Source: a virus
IMG/VR virus record: IMGVR_UViG_3300020044_007580
Coordinates: 4,257 to 68,256 of that record
Strand: one strand, 5' to 3'
Length of the DNA stretch: 64,000 bases
The stretch's first letter is position 1, and each line of letters begins with the position of its first letter. The translations under genes and the position numbers were made by a program. The notes beneath the pieces were generated by a model. It worked only from the letters and a program-made list of their open reading frames with translations. It was not told the origin of the DNA and searched no databases. Below, piece after piece: positions 57,453-64,000 of the stretch.

Positions 57453-57800
57453 TTATGCTTCTATTGCCTCATGCTTGCTTCCGTAAATGATGCGTGGGAA
57501 ACGATGCGTTTCTGCCAAGAAAAATCCTATCGGTGTCCATCCAAAGAAGTCACGCTCGTCGATCTCAATAAGTCCTGCCGATGCAGCATTACGTATGATC
57601 TGTCGCTGCTCTACTGTGGGTACCCTATTCAAGTTAGGCCACTCTTTCCCGTGGTAAATACCTACGTGAGTTGGTAAATAGTCCGAGCAATGGTTCAATA
57701 GTTGCTCATACTCCACCGCTATCAGCGAAGTAATCCATCCACCACAGACATCCATGGTTTTCTTGAACTGCTCGACCGTCAACTTTGCTTTCGTGTGCAT
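57453..57800 (-). CDS. Hypothetical protein
   Basis: Start at MHTKA after GGAGG. Confidence 0.6.
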   Translation of the reverse strand: MHTKAKLTVEQFKKTMDVCGGWITSLIAVEYEQLLNHCSDYLPTHVGIYHGKEWPNLNRVPTVEQRQIIRNAASAGLIEIDERDFFGWTPIGFFLAETHRFPRIIYGSKHEAIEA

Positions 57801-57818
57801 AGCACCTCCGATAATGAG

Positions 57819-57848
57819 AAAAAAAAAAGGCCACCCGAATAGGTGGCC
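57819..57848 (-). terminator. Intrinsic terminator
   Basis: GGCCACC-TATTCG-GGTGGCC followed by T10 on the minus strand. Confidence 0.8.
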
Positions 57849-57918
57849 CAAGTTATGGGACCGTCAATAGACAAAATATCAGACCGCCAATAGACCAACG
57901 TGTATAGCTATCGGTCGC

Positions 57919-57943
57919 AAAAAAAAGGGGCTCAAAGCCCCTT
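57919..57943 (-). terminator. Intrinsic terminator
   Basis: AAGGGGC-TTTGA-GCCCCTT running into T8 on the minus strand. Confidence 0.75.
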
Positions 57944-57949
57944 CCGATA

Positions 57950-58390
57950 CTATTTTTCCCACGATTTTGGGAAAACTTGCATACCATCGACTACAATATA
58001 CGTCCGCTCATCCACGCCGACCGAACGTAACGCGCGACCGCATTGTATAACATCCCGTACCGCCTTGCGCGCTTGATTCGGTCGCTCGTGGACTCTCGCC
58101 ACCTTGCGCGACTTGTGCCCCGTATCTTCGACGCCGACGACGTCCCCCGAATCGTTGTACAACTCTCGCAATGCAAACTCCCAACGAGCGCCCGTACACG
58201 CCGCCCACAGTGGCGGAAGACGCAACGCGACCCGCTCGAACTCGCCCCGCCTACGTTCCGCCGCTACAAGCGGAAGCAACGCTCGTTCATTGCCATCATA
58301 CCACGGAACCCGACGACCGCCCAACGTGTAGCACGCGAACAGGTCGCCCCGTCGCTTCGTGAAACTCTCCCGCTTCAGCACGAACCACAT
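57950..58390 (-). CDS. Hypothetical Arg-rich protein
   Basis: 146 aa, AAGGGGG RBS, terminator directly downstream. Confidence 0.6.
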   Translation of the reverse strand: MWFVLKRESFTKRRGDLFACYTLGGRRVPWYDGNERALLPLVAAERRRGEFERVALRLPPLWAACTGARWEFALRELYNDSGDVVGVEDTGHKSRKVARVHERPNQARKAVRDVIQCGRALRSVGVDERTYIVVDGMQVFPKSWEK

Positions 58391-58454
58391 AGAACCCCCT
58401 TAGGTTAGTTTGACAGTACAGAAGTGGACGCGCATATGATGATGAGAAAAAAAA

Positions 58455-58498
58455 GACCGACCAAAGACCGACCAAATACCGACCAAATACCGACCGAC
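58455..58498. repeat. Tandem 11-bp repeat (ACCGACCAAA-like, four copies)
   Basis: ACCGACC at 58456, 58467, 58478, 58489. Confidence 0.85.
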
Positions 58499-58501
58499 GA
58501 C

Positions 58502-59071
58502 CTACGCCGTCACCGTCCTTGCTTGTTTCGCCTTGGCTTGCGTTGCCGCGTGTACTTCCGCCGTAGGCGACTTTGCACCCGCCTTGGCAGTTAGGCGGAT
58601 AACGCCGAACCACTCAGGCGTGACGTCGTACCGTAAGGCAATCCGCCCGCGGCTATGGTCAACGTCCACCTGCACAGTGAAGACTCCCGCACGATTGACC
58701 CGGCGGACTTCTTTCACCGCGAGACCGAGGAGCAGGAGGACAGGAGTACCCGGAGGCAACCCCGAGCCAGTGCAATCATTCGCCATCGCCCAGAGGTCCG
58801 CACCGAGATTGTACGTCTCTCCCTTCGGTGGATCGCTCGCACCATTGAAGAGCGCCGTATCTACCGCATGGCATACTCGCTGTTCCCACTCCGCGAAGAG
58901 ACCGCGGACAGCAGCTCTACACGTTTTGAGCGCCGCGGTCATTGCCTTCCGCCGTGTTTCGGCAGTTTCGGCATTGACCCGCTCAACTATTTCGCAGTCG
59001 CCAAACGAGACTTGCGGAAGCCCCAGCACATTCGTTACGCCAGCAATCTGTTTTGCCTTGATGATGTCCAT
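58502..59071 (-). CDS. Hypothetical protein, first gene of the leftward array
   Basis: 189 aa from MDIIK after AAGGG. Confidence 0.6.
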   Translation of the reverse strand: MDIIKAKQIAGVTNVLGLPQVSFGDCEIVERVNAETAETRRKAMTAALKTCRAAVRGLFAEWEQRVCHAVDTALFNGASDPPKGETYNLGADLWAMANDCTGSGLPPGTPVLLLLGLAVKEVRRVNRAGVFTVQVDVDHSRGRIALRYDVTPEWFGVIRLTAKAGAKSPTAEVHAATQAKAKQARTVTA

Positions 59072-59453
59072 AATATACCCTTGTGACACGCGCCCACTTC
59101 TATACTATCGACTCGGCACGGGAGAAGGTGAGCCCGCACATAATACCTTCAGTTTGCCGAGGTTGAATTTCCAAAGACCAGCAGGGGAGCGGAAGCGCCA
59201 GAAGTAGCGACAAACGCAGACCCTACCAATACGACGCGAGGCGCCACCAATAACGACGCGAAGCGGAACGACGCGGAACGAAAACCCCCGCCCCCCCCGT
59301 TTTGCGAAACCCCACCCCTACCATCACACAGCGGAACCTAGAGAATCCTCTATATGTCCACCCGCAAAACTTTCACCATTTTTGAGTTTCGACTTTCCAC
59401 ATTCCCCTTTTGATCCCCTCAGCAACTTTTTTGCACCGAATAGAAACTTTTTC

Positions 59454-59482
59454 TTGACATGGCCTGAGAATCGTTGTATATT
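59454..59482 (+). promoter_or_regulatory. Sigma70-type rightward promoter
   Basis: TTGACA (59454-59459), 17-nt spacer, TATATT (59477-59482); AT-rich upstream. Confidence 0.75.
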
Positions 59483-59505
59483 GCACGTATTAGCGGAAAC
59501 GAGTT

Positions 59506-59571
59506 AAGCAAACTGCAAGCAAAAGCCAAGCAAAGCTAAAGCAAACAGAAAGCAAACCACAAGCAAACTGG
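59506..59571. repeat. Six AAGCAAA units at exact 11-bp period (iteron-like)
   Basis: Starts at 59506, 59517, 59528, 59539, 59550, 59561; a further copy at 59795. Confidence 0.9.
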
Positions 59572-59575
59572 AGCA

Positions 59576-59791
59576 ATGATGCCGCGTAGACGATACACCA
59601 AGCTGCAGAAAATCACAGTACTGAACTGCGTTGCCTTGCTGATTCACCTATACTTCCCTAGCTGGATGCTCGGGAATGAGCAGTGGGTTGCTGTGGTGAT
59701 CCTTGCTGTTGACGTCGCTATAGTGTTCAGTTTCTGGGGGCTCTTACGGCTTGTGGTGTTTGGGGTGCCGGAAGATGACTGCTCAGAGTAG
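59576..59791 (+). CDS. Small two-TM membrane protein
   Basis: 71 aa, first ORF after the promoter. Confidence 0.55.
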   Translation: MMPRRRYTKLQKITVLNCVALLIHLYFPSWMLGNEQWVAVVILAVDVAIVFSFWGLLRLVVFGVPEDDCSE

Positions 59792-59811
59792 ATCAAGCAA
59801 ACCAATTTACA

Positions 59812-59876
59812 TGCCCCGTCCGCAAACGTTTACATAACGCTTGAAAGTGGTCTGATGCACGGGCGGGGTAGTTTTT
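59812..59876 (+). terminator. Long hairpin with T tract (terminator/attenuator)
   Basis: TGCCCCGTCCG...CGGGCGGGGTA with a ~37-nt loop, followed by GTTTTT. Confidence 0.45.
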
Positions 59877-59897
59877 ACAAAAGAGATAGGGAGCAAT

Positions 59898-60197
59898 ATG
59901 TTTGATGATGCGAGTATAGTGTCTATGGTTCTGAATGCATATGCGCGTGGGTATGCCAGAGGAAGGGTTGGGAATCGCGACATGCCGGACTATGTGGAAG
60001 TATTGGCATGGATTGGTGAGTATGCAAAGGCGTACAAGGAGGAGTACGGCGATACTGCGAAGTGGGGCAAGCAGTTCATAGAGAACATTGCCGGCGCTTT
60101 GGCTGACCAAACGTGCAGAGAGCAACTGCAACAAGGGGACCTCATCTACAAAAGTCTGATCAGCGAGCTGATGGAAAAGGAGAGCCAACATGAGTAA
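59898..60197 (+). CDS. Hypothetical protein
   Basis: 99 aa, GGGAG RBS. Confidence 0.65.
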   Translation: MFDDASIVSMVLNAYARGYARGRVGNRDMPDYVEVLAWIGEYAKAYKEEYGDTAKWGKQFIENIAGALADQTCREQLQQGDLIYKSLISELMEKESQHE

Positions 60198-60576
60198 GTG
60201 GATAACAGACAGATTGCCTACGCGTGAAGATTGCGCAAGCGTGGAAAAAACACTTTACAAGGACCTTGTATGGACTATGGTTCTGGATTGTGTTGTTACC
60301 TCTGAATGGCGCTACGTGAATCCAGGTATTGCATGGCAACCGATTGTGATAGAAAGGCCCGAGCCGTATGTGGCGCCTAAGTCAAATTATTATGTCCAAT
60401 TTAGGCTCGTCAATGAACTTGGTAAGAAAAACAGATGGGTTGTTTGTTGTAGAGAAAATACGTCCCCAATAAATGACAAGACTATTTGTGATATTGACGG
60501 CATACAAGCGGACAATCTGCCTACATACGAAGCCGCAGAACGTGTTGCAGCCATATACAACGAGGTGATGCCATGA
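60190..60576 (+). CDS. Hypothetical protein (WITDRLP...AWQP, DUF551-like N-terminus)
   Basis: 128 aa, AAGGAG RBS. Confidence 0.65.
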   Translation: MSKWITDRLPTREDCASVEKTLYKDLVWTMVLDCVVTSEWRYVNPGIAWQPIVIERPEPYVAPKSNYYVQFRLVNELGKKNRWVVCCRENTSPINDKTICDIDGIQADNLPTYEAAERVAAIYNEVMP

Positions 60577-61079
60577 TAGATATCAAACACAAAGACGGTA
60601 CGGTAATTCGTACGATTGACGCAACTACGCTTCGCGGTGCAGACCTTACCGGAGCTGACCTTCGCGGGGCTGACCTTGCCGGTGCTGACCTTTACGGGGC
60701 AGACTTTTCTTGGGCAGATATTACCGGGGCTAACCTTACCAAGGCTTACTTTGCCTGGGCTATCTTTAGCTGGACAGACCTTACCAAAGCGAATTTTAGC
60801 GGGGCAAACCTTGCCGAAGCAGACCTTTGCGGGGCTGGCCTTATTGGTGCAGACCTTACCAAAGCTGTACTTCACGGGGCTAACCTTAGCGGGGCTAACC
60901 TTAGCGGGGCAGACCTTCGCAAGGCAAACCTTACCGAAACAAACCTTCACAAGGCTGACCTTACCGGGGTTGACCTTTATGGGGCAAATCTTACATGGGT
61001 TAACCTTAGTGGCGCCAAAATATCTGCTAAACAAATGCCTGACATTATCAAGGCACTTGGAATTGAGGTGATGCCATGA
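60573..61079 (+). CDS. Pentapeptide repeat protein
   Basis: About 27 tandem A[DN]Lxx units. Confidence 0.92.
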   Translation: MIDIKHKDGTVIRTIDATTLRGADLTGADLRGADLAGADLYGADFSWADITGANLTKAYFAWAIFSWTDLTKANFSGANLAEADLCGAGLIGADLTKAVLHGANLSGANLSGADLRKANLTETNLHKADLTGVDLYGANLTWVNLSGAKISAKQMPDIIKALGIEVMP

Positions 61080-61357
61080 TACAACGATATAACCTTGGAG
61101 AATTAGCTAACCACTATGCCAGCGACAAGGATAACGTTGTATGCCGTGCTTATGACGTTGACAGGTTGGAGGACAAATACGCCAAGCTGGAAGCCAAATA
61201 CAAAAAGCTTGGAGACTATTGCTGGCAGTTATACCATGAGGTTGCTGACTTAACAAATCCATATATTGAAAGAGAGCCTGAAGAACTAAAGGAGCAGGCA
61301 AAGGACACTTTGAGAAATTTTGAAAAAGACCCATTATTTTGGGACGTATTTGCGTAA
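61076..61357 (+). CDS. Hypothetical coiled-coil protein
   Basis: 93 aa, ATGA coupling. Confidence 0.65.
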   Translation: MIQRYNLGELANHYASDKDNVVCRAYDVDRLEDKYAKLEAKYKKLGDYCWQLYHEVADLTNPYIEREPEELKEQAKDTLRNFEKDPLFWDVFA

Positions 61358-61375
61358 AATTCAAGGGTAATAAGA

Positions 61376-61909
61376 ATGATATACTGGTTCGACTCATTCA
61401 TGGCCATATTCGGCTTTAAGCGCCCCGAGGTCTGGGAAGCGGAGCGCAAAGAGCACGACGTGACGTTCCCCGCACCGCATGCGTTCCCCGCCGACATGAA
61501 ACCGCCTCCTGGCTACAGGTTCAAAGAGCCGCGCAACCGGGCAAATGTGCGGAGCAAACGCTCAAATGTGCGGAGCAAGCGCGATGGCAACCGGTCGCAA
61601 AGTGCGGAGAGTCGCAATGAGCCGCTAACTTATGTGCAGTTACAAGGCAATGGAGTGCTGTGTCATCAGGTGCACGTATTATGGCAGTCTGGCGGAACCG
61701 ATGCAGAAATAGCAGAAATTGTTGGAGTCACTATCGCCGCAGTAAAAGAACTTAGGCGCAGAAAAAGATGGGTTAGGAATAGCAATGCAAGGATCGCTAG
61801 ACAACTCCACAATGATAAATCAAACGTGCGGAGCAAGAAAGCAAATGTGCGGAGCAAGCAAGCAAAGAAGGCAAAGTCACAATTACAATCTACTAACAAG
61901 GAGGAGTGA
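61376..61909 (+). CDS. HTH protein flanked by NVRSK repeats
   Basis: TDAEIAEIVGVTIAAVKELRRR HTH; four CAAAYGTGCGGAGCAA repeats. Confidence 0.6.
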   Translation: MIYWFDSFMAIFGFKRPEVWEAERKEHDVTFPAPHAFPADMKPPPGYRFKEPRNRANVRSKRSNVRSKRDGNRSQSAESRNEPLTYVQLQGNGVLCHQVHVLWQSGGTDAEIAEIVGVTIAAVKELRRRKRWVRNSNARIARQLHNDKSNVRSKKANVRSKQAKKAKSQLQSTNKEE

Positions 61910-62037
61910 TGGAAGGTTTTTGGTATGGGGCAAAGGTTGCCTTGATGGTAGTCATGATCTTCGCTGGCGTAGGATGCCTGGCGTTACTGGCTAGCGTGCT
62001 GACGACGTATCATCGAGAAGAGACTGAGGAAGAGTAG
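61909..62037 (+). CDS. Small single-TM protein (42 aa)
   Basis: AAGGAGGAG RBS, TGATG coupling; MEGFWYGAKVALMVVMIFAGVGCLALLASVL... Confidence 0.55.
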   Translation: MEGFWYGAKVALMVVMIFAGVGCLALLASVLTTYHREETEEE

Positions 62038-62392
62038 CCTTGACAGGCCGCATAAGCGTGTCGACTTGCTTGATTGACATACTGGTAGCTATAAGGCAGG
62101 CGGCCGCCATTTGTGGAACTTCATATTGGAAGATGCCTGCCAGATAGTTCAGTTTGTCATACGATTCTTGGCTGAGCGTGGATGACCAAGTATCGTACTT
62201 TACTACTCCACGTATGTGCGGATTCGTGGGTATTTCCGGTAGGTTCTTTGGCTTGGCTCGATGCGTGACGTGGATGGCATACATCAAAGCCTCGTTGGTC
62301 CCTACTGGGAATCCGAACATTCTCTCCAAATACCCCTGTATGAAAGCGGCATGCTTGCGGAACGCCGGATGTATGTTGACTGATTTACTCAC
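61991..62392 (-). CDS. Hypothetical protein, possibly a tandem ribbon-helix-helix regulator
   Basis: 133 aa, divergent from recT; two strand-helix-helix-like units. Confidence 0.5.
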   Translation of the reverse strand: MSKSVNIHPAFRKHAAFIQGYLERMFGFPVGTNEALMYAIHVTHRAKPKNLPEIPTNPHIRGVVKYDTWSSTLSQESYDKLNYLAGIFQYEVPQMAAACLIATSMSIKQVDTLMRPVKATLPQSLLDDTSSAR

Positions 62393-62405
62393 ACACTAAT
62401 ATACT
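62376..62405 (+). promoter_or_regulatory. Possible sigma70 promoter for a leaderless recT mRNA
   Basis: TTGACT, 18-nt spacer, TATACT ending 8 nt before the ATG; no SD present. Confidence 0.5.
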
Positions 62406-62413
62406 TACACAGT

Positions 62414-63379
62414 ATGACGAATACCCAAACAGGTATGGAAAAAGTCCAGAGCATCTTGGCGAAAGCTAAGACGTCTGGCACAATGTCTGGGCTGAAGGAT
62501 GCCGACATCTCGTCGGTTCTGGCTTCATATAAGAGCCAGATCGCAGCGTCGATCCCTAAGCACCTGACGCCGGAGCGGATGATTCAGATGTCCGCTACGC
62601 TTATCGCCCGTAACCCGAAGATCGCCCAGTGTAGCGCAAAGTCGCTCGTTGGTGCAGTCATGCAGGCCTCTGTGCTTGGTCTGCCACCTATCGATAGCCT
62701 CGGTTATTGTTACTTCGTCCCCTATAACGATGAAGTGCAGTTTCAGATCGGATATCGTGGGTATATCGCCCTCGCCCGTCGCAGTGGAGAACTGGCCAAA
62801 ATCTACGCTGAGGCAGTGTATGCCAACGATGAGTTCCAGTACGAGCGTGGTCTCGAGCCCAAGCTGATACACAAGCCGTGCATGCAAGGTTCACGCGGAG
62901 AGTTTCGCTGCGTATATGCCGTCTATCACCTCAAGTCTGGATTCAGTGACTTCGTGGTGCTAAGCAAGGATGACGTCGAGTCTTATCGCCGCCGTAGCCC
63001 AGCGCAGAAAGGCGATCCTACCGGTGCATGGAAGACGGACTATGCCGCTATGGCCAAGAAGACCGCCATTCGCCGTATTGCGCCCTATCTGCCTATGCAG
63101 GTGGATGACTTGGACAGGGCTGTGGCTGTCGACGATCGCGTCGTCAACCTCGATGACTTTGCTATGGACAACAGCGGAGAAGCTTTTGTGTCGGCTGAGG
63201 TTATAGACACCGATACAGGAGAGGTGATGCAAACGCCAATCAAGGCAGAAAAGCCGAAGAAAGACAAGGTCCTGGAGGAAATCCAGAAGCTGTCGCCGGG
63301 TCGGGAAGTACAGGTCAAATATGCAAGCAGTGCCCCTGTCGGAGAAGACATGGGAGAATTACCTAACATAATCGAATAA
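62414..63379 (+). CDS. recT: RecT-family ssDNA annealing protein
   Basis: PKHLTPERM, YFVPY, FQIGYRGYI.LARRSG, W.TDY.AMAKKT.IRR. Confidence 0.93.
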   Translation: MTNTQTGMEKVQSILAKAKTSGTMSGLKDADISSVLASYKSQIAASIPKHLTPERMIQMSATLIARNPKIAQCSAKSLVGAVMQASVLGLPPIDSLGYCYFVPYNDEVQFQIGYRGYIALARRSGELAKIYAEAVYANDEFQYERGLEPKLIHKPCMQGSRGEFRCVYAVYHLKSGFSDFVVLSKDDVESYRRRSPAQKGDPTGAWKTDYAAMAKKTAIRRIAPYLPMQVDDLDRAVAVDDRVVNLDDFAMDNSGEAFVSAEVIDTDTGEVMQTPIKAEKPKKDKVLEEIQKLSPGREVQVKYASSAPVGEDMGELPNIIE

Positions 63380-63381
63380 TC

Positions 63382-64000
63382 ATGACACATCAAGAATGGC
63401 TGAAAGAACGACAAGGTGGTATCGGAGGGTCCGATATCAGTGCAATCCTGGGGCTAAACCCCTACAAGTCGAAGCTCGACGTGTATCACGATAAGGTCGC
63501 CGAGTCGGTAGAAGACGTACAGAATGAGGACATGCTTCGTGGCACGTTGCTGGAAGATTTTGTCGCACAGATGTACAGCAAGCTGTCTGGCGATGAGATC
63601 CGTAAACCTAAGCGCAAGATCTTCTATCATCGCAACTACGACTACATTCGCGCCTCGATCGACCGCTTCTACGGCAAGGACAGCAACATCCTAGAGTGCA
63701 AGACATCGGCGAAAAAAATCACGCACGATAACATCTACCCATCTTGGGTATGCCAGGTGCAGTGGTATATGATGGTGATGAACAAGCCCATATCCACTAT
63801 CGTATGGTGCTGCCCGCCCGGGTTTAGCGTAGAATGGTTGGAGATTCCGGCCGACAAGGAGTTCCAGAAGTATATGCTAAAGGAAGCCAAGAAGTTCTGG
63901 AATGACCATGTGCTAGCACGCGTGGCGCCGGAGCCGACGACAGCAGACGATATCGCCAAGGCGTTCCCCACGTCAAAGGAAGAGTTTGTCGTTGCAGATG
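63382..64000 (+). CDS. YqaJ-like (lambda-exonuclease family) nuclease, 3'-truncated
   Basis: MTHQEWLKERQGGIGGSD, LGLNPY, ASIDR, LECKT, QVQWYM; absent from the ORF track because it runs off the window. Confidence 0.92.
   Translation, partial: MTHQEWLKERQGGIGGSDISAILGLNPYKSKLDVYHDKVAESVEDVQNEDMLRGTLLEDFVAQMYSKLSGDEIRKPKRKIFYHRNYDYIRASIDRFYGKDSNILECKTSAKKITHDNIYPSWVCQVQWYMMVMNKPISTIVWCCPPGFSVEWLEIPADKEFQKYMLKEAKKFWNDHVLARVAPEPTTADDIAKAFPTSKEEFVVAD

Larger units (their letters stand above)
57075..57895. repeat. Dispersed 14-23-bp intergenic repeat GACCGYCAATAGAC, three copies
   Basis: Copies at 57084-57097, 57859-57872 and 57882-57895; 57075-57097 and 57873-57895 are 22/23 identical. Confidence 0.85.
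58412..59109. repeat. 21-bp inverted repeat pair bracketing one gene
   Basis: 58412-58432 GACAGTACAGAAGTGGACGCG vs 59089-59109 CGCGCCCACTTCTATACTATC (18/21 Watson-Crick). Confidence 0.85.

Noticed and set aside
46020-58454. Integron (tyrosine recombinase plus cassette array)
   Set aside because: No attC RYYYAAC/GTTRRRY boxes seen and no IntI-specific insertion evident; the hairpins look like terminators
58533-59207. 224-aa and 143-aa plus-strand ORFs
   Set aside because: GC-rich shadows; RBSs and terminators support the minus strand
57075-59571. Short repeats read as a CRISPR or mini-array
   Set aside because: Units of 7-23 bp with 0-9-nt linkers, no 25-45-nt spacers and no cas genes
60390-61071. 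Long alternative-frame and antisense ORFs over the pentapeptide gene
   Set aside because: Produced by the 15-bp periodicity lacking stop codons
1-64000. Stop-codon reassignment, tRNA genes, introns or inteins
   Set aside because: TAA, TAG and TGA all end well-supported genes at high coding density; no cloverleaf or split core gene noticed

Overview
The window is most of a tailed dsDNA phage genome with a podovirus-type virion module; no host genes, tRNA, rRNA or CRISPR array were recognised. Layout: (i) 975-9013, minus strand: FkbM methyltransferase, a 1402-aa repeat-built fibre and two probable ejection proteins. (ii) 9089-46017, plus strand: TerS/TerL, P22-like portal, lytic transglycosylase, scaffold, major capsid, holin plus M15 endolysin, GT4 glycosyltransferase, fibres/spike, five tandem paralogous adaptor/ring proteins, a 1607-aa nozzle-like protein and two large cargo proteins. 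(iii) 46020-59071, mostly minus strand: early/accessory array with a tyrosine recombinase, a DnaN-like clamp and a metallophosphoesterase, punctuated by terminator hairpins. (iv) a divergent non-coding control region at about 59090-59575. (v) rightward genes ending in RecT and a truncated YqaJ exonuclease. Most notable observations: two small basic ORFs with their own RBSs nested in the +1 frame of the 2616-aa cargo gene, one of which copies the major capsid N-terminal motif (FxRGLRTxxxVNPDN); strong Ser-Gly enrichment in external virion proteins alongside a phage GT4 and FkbM (candidate virion glycosylation system); a 21-bp long-range, G-U-compensated duplex bracketing the first leftward gene; two RNA elements in which a terminator loop is complementary to an upstream segment; and a four-gene His-rich module of unknown function. 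All family names come from motif recognition by eye; no database search was run.
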